The notes: generated from the sequence alone by a model not told the origin. DNA of 64,000 nt from Octopus sinensis (GCF_006345805.1 NC_043008.1:41416001-41480000); one strand, 5' to 3'. Counted from the first letter of the stretch, positions 13,830 to 27,865 are shown. Numbers and translations are program-made.

Positions 13830-13865
13830 CAGTTGAAAAAATCTCTATGACTGAAACCGGTACTG
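13830..13865 (+). ncRNA. Minimal type I hammerhead motif, U3-A8 core variant
   Basis: CAG-TTGAAAA-AATC tctat GACT-GAAA-CCGGT-A-CTG. Stem I CAG/CTG, palindromic ACCGGT helix III, one mismatch in helix II. Confidence 0.55.
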
Positions 13866-13947
13866 AAATGTTTTTTATAAAATTATTTTAGCATTTTCTA
13901 CCTTGACATTTCTATATATATCAACTCGAAGTTTCCTTCAACCTTTT

Positions 13948-14051
<104 letters not shown>

Positions 14052-14093
14052 TATAGGCTATATATCTATATTATATATATAGGTATATGTAAA

Positions 14094-14134
<41 letters not shown>

Positions 14135-14831
14135 CTTATAATATGTTTGAAGTATAATATATAATATATTTGGAGGTGTGCTTGTGACACAAGTAATTAA
14201 AGAGTTAAATGAAAGCAGGTTTGCACAGTACTGTGTCAAATGTATGTAGATAAACATCAGTTTATATAGGGAGAATATTATCAAAATTTGTTTCTAGGCG
14301 TCTTCTACACATTAGTATGTCATTTTAATACAACATAACATTTCAATGGATCTTACCCCGTCAATCTATTGGGTGCTAAACATTAGTCTACAGCTGTAGC
14401 CGTGCATCAACTATATTAATTGTAGCCGATACATCACATCACTCCATCAATAGCTTCCGACACATCACAGATTAATGTCCAGCTACATATAAATGGAACC
14501 TAATGTATAAATAATGACTATAGTACTGTTATTAATTTGCAACGAATATTCCTGTAGAAACTATACGGGCATATAAATCAAACTTACAAACACACGCATT
14601 CACACACACACAAACACACACACACATATACGTGCAGTTATGCAGTATCATATATACTTATATACATATCATATTATGTATGTGTGTGTGTATGTGTTTG
14701 AGTGTGTTGAATAGCAAATATAATATATAACTTACAACAGATATGCGTGTATATACGTAAAATATATACATATATGAACGACTATCTGTCTGTGCATAAT
14801 ACGTGTACGATTCTTTTGTTTACATATGATC

Positions 14832-14875
<44 letters not shown>

Positions 14876-15139
14876 ATCAATTTAGGGTAGCAAAAAATTC
14901 AGTAAAAATTTATCGCTACCAGCGCCTATGGAAAAGAGAAAATAGTCAAAGACTAATATGGAGTTGGCTGCTCTTTCTAGTGGACGAATGGCCTGTCTAG
15001 GCCATTCCTAAATGTTATATATATATTATATATATATATATATACATACATACATATATATGTATATATATATTTTGTATATATATATATGTATATATAA
15101 GTAATATATATATGTTATAAATGTGTACATATATATATA

Positions 15140-15193
<54 letters not shown>

Positions 15194-15738
15194 CATTTGC
15201 ACATACGCAGTTACGCATATATGTGAGTGTGTGTATATGCGTGTCTGTGTATTCGCTATATTCTGAGAAGCTTTATTAGTAAATGATGATTTGACAATTT
15301 CTCATATATTATATATATATATACATGGTAGAGGGTTTAGGTTTCTGTGATGATGCATGGGTCTGTGAGCCTTTCTGTCTTTCTATTTGTATATCTATTT
15401 CTGTATATATATATATAAGTATACTTTTGTATTCATGTATATATAGATACAAGGAGGCTTTTACTGATATCGATGGCGTTTTATAGATAACTATCTAGCT
15501 ATCATTTTATCCATTCCTTTCTCTCAATATCTCTCCCTTTGTCCCTCTCTCTCTCTCTCGCTTCCGTACGTACGCTCTTTCAGTCTCTCTTTTCTTATCA
15601 CTCCGTGTGTATGAGTTATATTATATATATATATATATATATATTATATAAAAATTATATATATATATGCATACATATATACACGCGTACACCTACAAGA
15701 TATATATACACCTATCATATATATATATATATATATAT

Positions 15739-15990
15739 ACTCTTTTACTCTTTTACTTGTTTCAGGCGGCCATTCTGGAGCACCGCCTTTAGTCGAGAAA
15801 ATGAACCCCGGGACTTATTCTTTGGAAGCCCAGTACTTATTCTATCAGTCCCTTTTGACGAACCGCTAAGTGACGGGGACGTAAACACACCAGCATCAGT
15901 GTTACGTATATACGTATATACGTATATACGTATATACGTATAACGCCTTATATGAATCATCCAGCGCGCGCACACAGACACACAAACATA
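15739..15990 (-). mobile_element. SINE family A, partial, interrupted by (TACGTATA)n
   Basis: Tail and 3' body match the other copies. Confidence 0.8.
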
Positions 15991-16253
15991 CATGCATATG
16001 TATACACAATACATGTGTGTGTATTTGTGTGTGTGTGGTGGATGTGTAAGTAACAATTCCACTGCGTGGAAACAATGGGTTTAAATGAATGCGTGTAATC
16101 CTCTTCAAGTATCATTATATGTTAATATATGCTTTAATATCACTATTATTGTTATTATTGTTACCATTATCAGCATCATCGTTTTCATTATCATCATCAT
16201 CATCATTAATATTTATGTTTTCGTATCATTTTTATTATTATTACTATTAATGC

Positions 16254-16288
<35 letters not shown>

Positions 16289-16331
16289 ACACATAATATG
16301 TGCCTATATATATGAATGAGTGTGTACGTAT

Positions 16332-16415
<84 letters not shown>

Positions 16416-16565
16416 CTATATTCATATATGTAATTATATATATATTTATATATATAATTATATATATATTTCTATATTTATATATATAATTACATATACA
16501 TATATATTTATATATATAATTATATATATATATATATCTATATATATATATATCTATATATATAT

Positions 16566-16616
<51 letters not shown>

Positions 16617-17033
16617 TGAGATCGTCTTCTTAAATCTATACTACACCTTAATTGCCACGAGGAAAACTTCATTAATATTAAGACCTTAGTTGATCAAGGT
16701 TATTTGCACCAATTTCCTTATTTCCATGCCTGTCTTCCTATGAATGCAATTAGGTTTTAGATGAATTGCTGCGTGCGATTGATGGCAAAGTGTATGGAAG
16801 TTCCATGTTCCAATTGCACACGTTCTCTGTTTGCATCACTTTGACTTGTATTTGAGTGAATGAAATGTCTTTCTTCTGCTCCCATGTTGCATATGTATGC
16901 ATTATTGCTTCTAGTTTTCCATTTCGATTTTTAAATATAGTTTATCGTCTTCTTATTCTCTGTATACATATTACTTAATCTATGTTAAACTCACACGCGT
17001 GTTGTATAATCCCAGAGGAACTCAGATATATAT

Positions 17034-17240
17034 TACTCTTTACTCTTTTACTCTTTTACTTGTTTCAGTCATAATGCTGGAGCACCGCCTTTAGACGAGC
17101 AAATCGACCCGGGACTTATTATTTGTAAGCCCAGTACTTATTCTATCGGTCTCTTTTGCCGAACCGCTAAGTGACGGGGAGGTAAACAACACCAGCATCG
17201 GTTGTCAAGCAAAGCTAGGCGGACAAACACAGACACACAA

Positions 17241-17275
<35 letters not shown>

Positions 17276-17447
17276 CATATATACGACAGGCTTCTTTCAG
17301 TTTCCGTCTACCAAATCCACTCGCAAGGCATTGGTCGGCCCGGGGCTATAGCAGAAGACACCTGCCCAAGAAGCCACGCAGTGGGACTGAACCCGGAACC
17401 ATGTGGTTGGTTAGCAAGCTACTTACCACACAGCCACTCCTGCGCCT
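17034..17447 (-). mobile_element. SINE family A, full copy
   Basis: Head to tail intact. Confidence 0.9.
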
Positions 17448-18506
17448 ATATTATAACTCTGATATACTAGCTGAAATATTTGCGTTTCGTGTCGCATCAC
17501 TGCTTCTGTTTTCAGTTCGTATTTAATACAGCTGTCTGTGTTGGTCGCTATATATGTATGTTAATTTATTTTTAAGTCATTGGGATGAAATGATTTTTGT
17601 AGGGATACACAAATAAACTGATCCCAGTACTTTTTTATCACTTAACCATTCCTATTCCTTGACTTAAAACTCTCGTTTTTGTTTCTGTATATTTCTTTTT
17701 TTTTTTACAAAGCAGGCATTGTAGAATCCTTTATACTTCCGAATATCTGATGTGTATACTAATATAGAAAGCTGATAATATGGTTTATTCTAACTAGAGA
17801 CCTGCTATGTTGTGGAGTCGCTGTAGGTTACAGATCAAATAGTCCGAAAGCACTTTCCGTCATTGTGCGAATCACAGCCCCAACCAATCCTGCCATCTTC
17901 GCCTCTCTCTCCTGCCTTTCAGTATGTCAATTCAACGACAACAATTCCGTCTCCACTCTCATTTTTCTTTTCAAGTTACATTTGAAAGATTTTAGGAGGA
18001 TTCCGCTAAAGATTGCAAACATTTTCAACTCCTACATTACTTTTGCTCTAGCCATCAAACAGAGGAAAACTGCTTTACTTATTGGTTAAAGAAAGGCAGC
18101 GCGGTACGCATGAGAATGAGCTTGTTTTATTACTTGATTCTTCCTACACATGGTTCTAATTTTTGGACATAAGTCAACCATGCCCGAAAAGTAAGAGACT
18201 GCTTGCAGACCGTTACTGTGGGCGCATCTTGGACAGTCTTGCCCGGTGACACTTCCGTGCGTGCTGTTTGTCTCTGACTGGTATCGCTCCTTCGTAGCAA
18301 TACCGGACCAAGGACTCCTGAATGATATGCATAACAGTTCCTGATACGAAAGTCATCCAAACTAGACAACTCGATGAAGATCTTAATATAGAAACAATGA
18401 GATTCTTTGTATCCGATCAAGACCATTGACTAAACACTACTTCTGTAAACATTGAAACCGCTTAATTGAACCAAGTGCCGTCGTTGTAACCATTGGTAGA
18501 GACATA

Positions 18507-20133
18507 CAGTGGCGGCCAAAATGTTCAGAACAGCATTGTTTTCGTCAGAAAAGTAGATATAATTTTTTATCAAAGTTGTTTTATATTCTATAATTTTCAC
18601 AGAGAATAAATACGATATTATTTGTTATTGCCTGAGATTTTGGTGTAATTTGAAAGGATAATACAAAAGTTATGGATGATTTAGCGATTTACTGCGAAAC
18701 CCATGGCGGCCAAAATGATCAGAATGGTGGCTTTTACTCCGTGTTTTAGTATATTTAACCGGCGAACTCTAATGTTTTGAATTTGTTTACGTGACGGTTC
18801 GTTTACTAAACATTAGTAAGAATATTTGCGGTGTACTTTATTAATATAATGCCACTTACTCCGTTACCAATTCGTCAGCAGATTATTAAGCTTCGAAGGA
18901 AGGATAATTTAAGTATTGGATCTATTGCAAAGATTGTTAACAAGTCAAAAAGTGTTGTACACGGTATTCTTAAGGTCTACGATGATTGTGGTTCGTATGA
19001 AGCAAGAAGGTATACAGGTAGGCCAAGAAAAACGACCAAGAGAGAAGATCGTGATATGGTAAAGTTGGTTAAAAAGAACAGATTTAAAAGTGCTGCTGCT
19101 GTTTCTCGGAAAATGAGCATCGTATTGAAGAAAACTTTATCTCGAAAAACTGTGTCGTCGTTTAGTTGAACATGACCTACAAGCAAGAGCACCTGCGGTG
19201 AAGCCACTGATCAGCTCCAAGAATAAAAAGTGTCGTCTTACCTTTGCAACAGAACATGTGTTGTGGTCTCAAGAAAAATGGCAAACGGTGCATTTCAGTG
19301 ATGAATCTAAGTTTATGTTATGTGGCTCAGATGGGAAAAGGTACGTTCGTAGAAAAGTAGGTGAAAAACTGTCGCCTAAATGCCTTAAGACTAGTGTTAA
19401 ATTCGGTGGAGGAAGTGTCATGGTTTGGGGAATGATATCTGGAGATGGTGTGGGCCCTTTGGTGCGATTACATGGAAAGGTAAATGCAGGAGTTTATAAA
19501 CAACTTGTAAAAGATCATGTCTTGCCTGTGCTGAGAAATTCAACTAAGTGACCACCCATATTCATGCAGGACAATGCCCCATGCCACAAGGCTAAGGTGG
19601 TCATGAACTTCTTCAAGGCTGAAAAGGTTATTGTTATGGATTGGCCTGCTCAAAGACCAGATCTCAATCCTATTTTAAATGTATGGAATATTCTAGGAGA
19701 ACGTTCGAAAGCCAGAAATCCTAAAACAACTGAGCAATTATGGAATGCCTTTCAGGAAGAATGGAATAAGATCACCCAGCAAGAAATTGAAAATTTAATT
19801 TCCTCATGCAGTCGAAGATGTCAGAGTGTGATTGAAGCTAAAGGGTTTCACACTAAATATTCAATAATTCCAGTATTCTCTGTCATCTTTGATTATTTTG
19901 TTATTTTTTCAACCGTTCTGATCATTTTGACCGGCATGGGTTTTACAGTAAATCACTAAATCATCCATAACTTTTGTATTATCCTCTCAAATTACACCAA
20001 AATCTCAGACAATAACAATTAATATTGTATTTATTGTCTGTGAAACTTATAAACTAACAAACTACTTTGATAAAAACTTATACTTACTTTTCTGACGAAA
20101 ACAATGCCGTTCTGAACATTTTGGCCGCAACTG
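18507..20133 (+). mobile_element. Tc1-family DNA transposon, IR/DR type, near full length (1627 bp)
   Basis: 222-bp TIRs at 18507-18728 and 19912-20133 (CAGTGGCGGCCAAAATGTTCAGAAC... and its reverse complement). Each TIR has an inner direct repeat (CATGGCGGCCAAAATGATCAGAA). TA target duplication at 18505-06 and 20134-35. Encloses a transposase. Confidence 0.96.
18849..19860 (+). pseudogene. Tc1 DD34E transposase pseudogene
   Basis: MPLTPLPIRQQII... HTH with GRPRKTT, FSDESKF, KFGGGSVMVWG, QDNAPCH, WPAQRPDLNPI. Lesions: frameshift near 19160, in-frame TGA at 19549-51, and the catalytic Glu (34 residues after the second Asp) reads Leu (DLNPILN). Confidence 0.93.
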
Positions 20134-20545
20134 TATGTATCATATTGAAGCTGATTGGAAAATACTGACTGAGAAATAATACAAGTGACGTTTGTTAAGG
20201 TTGCTTTCAAATTACACTAGCTATTTTCTAATAATTATGGATACAACGATGCAGATACGTGGTACAATGATATACCAGAAAAAGATCTAAATAAATTGGC
20301 AAACCAGGTATACAAACATCGGCTAGTGTCAGTTTCATTTCATTTCAGAAGGTACAACGTATAGCCACACTGTTTTTTTATGTGAGACATATATGCACTG
20401 ATTTCTGATTGCTCGCCTGAAATAAGTGGTTCTCAACCATATTTTGTTTATGGACCTCGTTGATTCTTATTTTGCATTACGGGACCCTTATGCGAATGCA
20501 ATGCTTAAGAAAACTCCTATCATACTTTTTATACAATTAAATATT

Positions 20546-20963
20546 AGGCGTAGGAGATGCTGTGTGGTAAGTAGCTTGCTTACGAACCACATAGTTCCAG
20601 GTTCAGTCCCAGATGTCTATAGCTTCGGGCCGACCAAAGCCTTGTGAGTGGATTTGGTAGACAGAAATTGAAAGAAACCCGTCGTATATATGTATATATA
20701 CATATGTGTGTGTGTGTGTGTGTCTGTGTCTGTGTGTGTGCGCGTGTGTGTGTATGTTTGTGTGTCTGTGTGTGTCTCCCTAACATCGCTTGACAACCGA
20801 TGCTAGTGTGTTTACGTCCCCGTATCGGCAAAAAGAAGCCGATAGAATAAGTACTAGTCTTGCAAAGAATATGCTCTGAGGGGTCGATTTACTCGACTAA
20901 AGGCGATGCTCCAGCATGGCCACAGTTAAATGATTGAAACAAGTAAAAGAGTAAAAGAGAGTA
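20546..20963 (+). mobile_element. SINE family A
   Basis: Head to tail with small deletions. Confidence 0.88.
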
Positions 20964-21810
20964 TTGTAACTGATAACTTTAACAACAAAATCTCATACGG
21001 ACCCCCAAAGGCCATATGTATCCCGGTTAAGAAACTGGACTGAATCTTTGAGCAAGTTGAGGAATTCTCCTGCACTACAGAGCTACCAAGCTTTTGTCTC
21101 CAACTTGAAGTTTCTCAAATCCAGAATCTCTCTGGCTGACACGACGTTATGGAGACTGTGTGTGAGAAGGCATGCGTTACTTTTGTTGGCATTGCTATTG
21201 TTATCATGTTGCGATTCTTTAAATAACTCTTGTGTCAGACACAAGAAATACATCATTGTTTTCGTTTTAAATGCTTCTATTTTTATTGTTCTTATTTTCA
21301 TTTCATTGTCTGCGCAAATGATTTTTTGTTCGTTCAGAAGGCGTGTTCGGTAAACATTACATATTGAATGTTGCCTAGCGAAGAAGATAATTTCACAATG
21401 TCTTTTTATCCATAAATATCATGCAACAAATTTTAACTCCTCGCCCTCCACCCACCCCCCTCAGACGGTATAATATTTCTGCGCAATAAACCGCATATCG
21501 AGTAATCCAATTTTTGTGAAACTCGACAAATTTTAATCCATTTTCCCAGCGCATAAATAAAGATGTTTTAGTAAAGCAAGAGACAGAAATATCAAAAACG
21601 CCAACAACAACAACAACAACAACAACAGCAGCGATGAGGCTGGCGGCGATGATGATTATAATAATGATGGTGATGATGATAACGCGGATAAAATGTTTTA
21701 ATATCTAATTAAGAAACGATGGAAATATTTCACCAACTTCCCTCTATTCAACTGTAATCTATAGAAACAGTTAAAATATATTACACACACATATTCAGCG
21801 ATATATATAT

Positions 21811-21908
21811 CGTCCCCTGCCTGCACGTGCGTCAGCTCGCAAGTTCCGGTCAGCTCCCCGGCTGCTGACGTCGAATTACCCGGTAACCCCGGGAAAAGCA
21901 GGGGTTAT
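21811..21908. promoter_or_regulatory. Short CpG-rich patch with E-box and CRE-like sites
   Basis: CACGTG (21824-29), TGCGTCA (21828-34) and TGACGTCG (21866-73) in a GC-rich 100-bp island within AT-rich DNA. Confidence 0.3.
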
Positions 21909-22170
21909 TTCTAGTTCCCATTCACATTACACTGTTTCATGTCACATTCCTGTTCAGATCTCGTGAATAGTAAACATGTGTATGTATGTATGCATGTATG
22001 CATGTATCCATGTATGTATGTAGGTAGGTAGGTAGGTGTATACATATATGTATGTGTGTGTGTGTCAGTGTGTTTCTTTGCGATGGATAGCGGAAAAGCC
22101 ACTTAGCTACCTATCTATTTAAAGCTACGTGTTCCTCACACCCACCTTCCTCTGTGTGTATGTGTATTGT

Positions 22171-22545
22171 GTGGAGGCGCAATGGCCCAGTGGTTAGGGC
22201 AGCGGACTCGCCGTCATAGGATCGCTGTTTCGATTCCCAGACCGTGCGTTTTGAGTGTTCATTGAGCGAAAACACCTAAAGCTCCACGAGGCTCCGGCAG
22301 GGGATGGTTGTGATCCCTGCTGTACTCTTTCACCACAACTTTCTCTCACTCTTACTGTTGTACCTGTATTTCAAAGGGCCGGCCTTGTCACTCTCTGTGT
22401 CACGCTGAATATCCCCGAGAACTACGTTAAGGGTGCACGTGTCTGTGGAGTGCTCAGTCACTTACACGTTAATTTCACGAGCAGGCTGTTCCGTTGATTC
22501 GGATCAACCGGAACCCTCATCGTGGTAACCGACGGAGTGCTTCCA
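22171..22545 (+). mobile_element. SINE family C
   Basis: A box TGGCCCAGTGG, B box GTTTCGATTCCC. Homologous to 11743-12120. Confidence 0.88.
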
Positions 22546-22711
22546 TGTGTATTGTATCTATGTACTTAAAATGTATGTGTGCAGCGTCGCGTGTATATGA
22601 CAGCTATAGTAATGTAACTGTCCCATTTTCACCACCTTTGTCATCTTCACTGATAGTAGTCACCCTCTCTCTCAGACTTATAATTTTAGAACCTTCTCAT
22701 TTTAACATATA

Positions 22712-22901
22712 ATTCGCCCAACGCGCCTGGGGGAACACATAATTTTTTATTGAAATCCAATTGGCCTATTATTGAGCGGGATGTTGGTGTTACATGTATG
22801 CAAAATTTTTTGAATATTTGTTCGGTGGTTTAGGCATTAAGCTGGTAACAGACAGATGGACAGACGGCAAACAGACAGAAACTGTCATTTATGTATAAGA
22901 T
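22712..22901 (-). mobile_element. Possible Helitron/HINE-like fragment of a different family
   Basis: Minus strand begins TATCTTATACATAAATGACAGTTTCTGTCTGTTTG with (CTGT)n, the same layout as the 41108 family. No CTAG end seen. Confidence 0.35.
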
Positions 22902-23427
22902 AGTGATGGTGTTTATGAGTATGAATGTATTTATATATATGTATGTATGTATGTATGTATATATATATGTGTGTGCAAATGTATTTTGAGCAACGTGTAG
23001 GTTCCTACAAGTGCTCAGTTTGTAGTATGTTTTCTAATGCGTATATTGAATTAATAGATTAATTTAATATACTCACAATAAAGTCGATATAAATGATATC
23101 GCTGATTCGATCAGAAGTTTATATAAACAGTATATTACAGCAATAACTATGAAAATTTAAGTAGCACCTCATATATTTGATAATCAGAAACATGCGAATT
23201 GATTGCAAGTGAGGTTAATCTACACAGAAATGCGAAACAATGATAGCATATAACGCGTGTTAATAGCAAATACTTCTCAGAAGGGGTACGTGTGTCTCTG
23301 GAGTACTCAACCACTTGCACGTTAATCTCACGTCGTTGTATGCGATGGTGTGCCAGTAATAGTAAATGCAGGACGAGAAGGATAAAAAAAACCTCTCCTT
23401 TTCAAGCACCGAGTGTTATATATGTAT

Positions 23428-23482
<55 letters not shown>

Positions 23483-23525
23483 TAGTTATATATATATATA
23501 TCATGTATATATACAGATAAATATA

Positions 23526-23566
<41 letters not shown>

Positions 23567-25874
23567 TATATATATAAATATATATATAGTAATGCCTCAG
23601 AATATGACTTGGAATTTTACACTGTAATTTGTATCTATTGTCTCCTAGTGTTTGTATTATTACAGAAAACAGGATATTTTTTATTTATATTTTCTGAGAG
23701 AATATTCTACACGTAAATATATGCAGGGAAAACTAGAGTGTTGTAGGAGATAATCTAAAGCACAGAAAACATCATTGGCTTCAAATACTGATTTCTAGAT
23801 GTATCGTAATTGTGCAGAATATTCTAGTAGACCTGGCGACGGGAGGTTATTTTCCTTTAATCATAATGACCGTAACGTGAACTCCATATTAACGCAACTT
23901 ACAATCTCATTTAAGCCGAAATTAATTCTTATTCGGAGTTATACATGCAAAATATGACTGAATCGCATGTTGGCAGAATAAATTTAACATGGTAGATAAT
24001 GTGTACATACACAGACACCAGTAATGCCTCGATACAAAAGTTAATTTATTCCCAATAGACCGCTCGTAAACTGAAAACTCGTAAAGCAGAGCGATAATTT
24101 TTCTTGTTATAATTTCGTTACATCTAGAGATCAGTATTTCCCAATGTTATAAATGGTAATTCGTTTCCAAAAAGATATTTTACCTATTAAGTTTATAATA
24201 CTCAAAAATAAATGACAATAAAACAAGATCATTTATAATAAAAATATTATTATAATCGTTTTTATAATCGCTTTCACTTGAACTAGTCTCGCGCATACCA
24301 TCACTTGTAAACACGATCACCGATTCACAAGCACTCGTAGACGGACTTGTACATTTCTTTTTAAAAAACAAGTCCTGAGTTGTTTGTTTGAAATGAACCT
24401 TTTTAGCACTCTATAAATTTCTCAGTAACACGCAAAAGTTATGGTTATGGTGGCAGAGACTTTTGTACCTCTTACATAATTTGGATCTTGGGCTCGAAAA
24501 ACTTCAGCTCACCATAAAAAACGCAAAGCCGGAGTCTCCTAAAACAGGTCCTCGTAAAGTGAGATATTTATTGTATATCAAGGTATAAAATATCACACAT
24601 TTCGTCTACATGAAACGAATGTATTTTCAGCGACATATACACAGAAATACACATTCTCTACGCCAACCAACCTCATATTAAACTATGACATTTTACAGAC
24701 GAAATGATGGACTTACGAATATATTCAACCATTACCGTGGTTGAATGATATACCTCCACCTTTCCATACATCAGTAATATTCTTCAAATACGAATTGAAA
24801 GAAAATTAAATGTATACCTCCATAAAAGACGATGAAGAAAATATAAAATATAATCGACTATACAACTTGTAATCTATTTGCTGATAGGTGTAACGCAGAA
24901 GAATTTTAATAAAATTGTACCCAAAGCAGTGCTTGCTAAATGGTGCGCCGCATTGGTACACCATAACCGGTATCTAGTTGTGACGGGAAATTAAAAATTC
25001 CTTATGCTACACATTTGAAAATTTATATTGATGCTTGGCTGTCATAGAAAAGCATTCTATTTAGAATTTTGTAATTGAAAAATACGGTTAATAACATAAG
25101 GTAAATGCAAGTTTTCTTTAAGTTTTATATAATTTTGACATTTAAACCAAGTTTTTGCTTTCTTTATTTTCCATGTGAAGCGTACCGATAATATTTCGTT
25201 TCCCCTCCAATGAGCTACGAATTCAAAAATATAGAAAACAGTTCTAAAGTAAATTATTTTACGTAAAGTTTCTACCACATTTATTAGTCCCATACAGTAA
25301 TATTAGGTGACAAAATCTCCGTCAAATCTGCAGTGCTCTCGGTGTAATAATTGTTTTAATATACTTAGATATGTTAATATCACTAAGAATATATATTTGT
25401 TTCTTGGTCACGAACCCAACACCATGCTAAAAACAGAAAATTTAAACACTGAAATTGTGTGAAACAGGATCTTTTGGATTGGGCGTTTTATTGTGTTGCT
25501 CTTGTTCTACATTCAATGATAAGCATTGAATTTATTTTATTAAAGAACTACAATTTATTGCAAGCGAATTTAAGAGGGTTATGATTTTCAGACACTCGTA
25601 TTGCCTCCTAGGGGATTAGTATCACAGTATGAATCGCAAGGTCTTTTTATAAATATCAAATACACTTTACTCAAAAGACTTCTACCCTGAATTCGCCCGG
25701 TCCGTTTTACTATCAATGCTCTAGTTTAGACTTCTTCAAGGTGACAAGCACTAAGACAGAACTTAGTAACTTGTCTTTACGATTTACACTGTTTCAATAT
25801 GCACGGTGAACTGCTGTGTGTGTACACATGTGCCTATGTTGTGTGTGTGTGTGTGTTTTGTGTGTGTGTGTGTG

Positions 25875-25910
<36 letters not shown>

Positions 25911-26797
25911 ATGTGTGTGCATGTGTGTGTGATACAGTTTCTGCGTCTTCTTTCTCCTTGCTTTCCACAAGTATTCATTTTGGTAGGTTTTACTCGAAAG
26001 GTGACTTTTTTGCACTCAGAGATATCTGTGACATGCATGGAGAAAGAGTTATATCGGCGCAATTGAGTATACCTATCTTTCTAGTCTAATTGACTAATGT
26101 GTAGAAGGGCTCTGGGTTGTAGCAATGCCGACGATGTTTTTTTCCGGGTTGTGGCGTAGGTAACTGCTGCTGTTGTTGAGTGTATTTCTCTTCTTGTCTT
26201 TTGGTGCTGTTATTCCTCTTTGTTTTTTTGTTACTGCTCTCGGTACAGTCGGTACTGTAGTTATTGAAGCTACTACTGCTTTTGTCGCTGCTGGAGTAGG
26301 GGCGTTGAAGTAAAGGTGTTTTCTGACGATTTTCATTGTGTAGAAGTGAACAGAATGCTCTTAGATATTTCGCGTCCCCACATGTACAATATTTCGGATT
26401 CTGCATTCACCTGCTACAAAACGCCACAAAACATTTGGTTGATTAAGTCAAGGTTGACTTCCATGCCTTTTGGCTAGCAGGAATAAGTAGTTTAATCACT
26501 GTGCCTAACCAGTATTCCTTTCCAGTCTACTGATTTGTTGAATTTTTGTTTTATTTTCTAACCATGTTTTATGGCTACTACAACACAATCATATTTATTA
26601 TTACCGCTCTCCGACGTCGGTATGCTGGAATGTGAAACAGTTCATCAGTTTTTTGTATAGTGGTCGAAGTTTCCTCTGGTTCGTCTTCCTTTCAAATCTC
26701 ACCTCAAGCGTGGCCTATTTCTCGAGCAATATAATTCTCAGAGAGTTTCAAGTTTTTCTCAAAACCAGTAACAACAACTGACAACAACAACAACAAC

Positions 26798-26828
<31 letters not shown>

Positions 26829-26897
26829 TAATAATAATAATAATAATAAGAAGAAGAAGAAGAAAAGAAGAAGAAGAAGAAGAAGAAGAAGAAGAAG

Positions 26898-27290
26898 AAT
26901 CCTTTCTACTATAGACACAAGGCCTGAAATTTGTGGGGAGGGGGTAATTCGATCACATTGAATCCAGTACTTGACTGGTGCTTAATTTACCGACCCGAAA
27001 GGATGAAAGGCAAAGTCGATCTCGGTGGAATTTGAATTCAGAGCGTATAAGAAATGGAAATAAAATTGAAAGATGATAATAATAATTCTTTCTAATTTTT
27101 CCTACAAGGGAAGCTCGGGGGAGATGGGGATTTGTCGGTTACATCCTCCGCAGTGATCAACTGTACTTATTTTATCGACTCTGAAAGGATGAAAAGCAAA
27201 TTCGACCTCGACAGAATTTGAACTCAGAACGTAGCGACGAGCGAAATGCTGCTAATTATTTCGACCAGCGTGCTAACGATTCTGCCACGA
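26898..27290 (-). mobile_element. Two tandem SINE family B copies (about 26898-27045 and 27086-27290)
   Basis: Repeated GAAAGGATGAAAGGCAAAGTCGA..GGAATTTGAA blocks beside an (AAT)/(GAA) tract. Confidence 0.75.
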
Positions 27291-27318
27291 TTCTTAAAGA
27301 TGATGATAATAATAAGAA

Positions 27319-27672
27319 AAGTTGTGCTACGTAAAATATTCTGCTCAATACCACATATTTGCTTGTCAGTTGCTTGACCTTGAACTAGTTGGGCATGTCC
27401 CTTAGTGGCTGATCACGAGCAGAAGTAATGGGCGAGTATCATAGCTATGTGTTACGAGGAATTCTTTGGGGTTTGAAAAATTCCCCTCTTAAAACATGGG
27501 TGTTTCGTTGAAAATCCTTAAACAACCCTTATTCAAGGGCCTTTTGAGTAGGGTGGGCTACACGACATGAAGAAAATTCTAACCGGGCTCCACCAGCAAG
27601 GTCATGCGCTGTTTATCTTAATTTGCGGTCAACATGTCGAGCACATATTGTTAAGATGAATATGCCTGATGT
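27319..27672 (+). mobile_element. Unclassified interspersed repeat, probably a retroelement 3' region
   Basis: About 27585-27670 is homologous to 50369-50460 (GGGCT.CACC.GCAAGGTCATG..CTGTTTATCTT). Confidence 0.6.
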
Positions 27673-27793
27673 ACAATTATCAGACGGATAGTCACAATGT
27701 GTACAGAGGTCTTCGCACGGTGGAATTTGAACTCAGAACGGGCGACGTATTGTTAAGGATTCCATCCAGCGTGTTAACGACTCTGCCCGCTCG

Positions 27794-27794
27794 C

Positions 27795-27865
<71 letters not shown>

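Larger units (their letters stand above)
13188..13911. repeat. 724-bp foldback (arms 13188-13504 and 13598-13911) with a nested inner IR
   Basis: About 315-bp arms align in reverse complement. Inner 13-bp perfect IR taaatggtcaagt (13519-31) / acttgaccattta (13567-79). Flanked by (TA)n. Confidence 0.93.

Noticed and set aside
14975-15018. GAATGGCC/GGCCATTC 8-bp hairpin as HHR helix II
   Set aside because: The flanking bases (CTAGTGGA and CTAAA) do not match either half of the core.
16700-16960. Possible GIY-YIG C-terminus (...RHGNK)
   Set aside because: Only a 5-residue resemblance among many stops.
26086-26416. Overlapping low-complexity ORFs behind a minus-strand acceptor
   Set aside because: Frames in register with the acceptor stop within about 25 codons, and the longer ORFs are compositionally biased with no motif.
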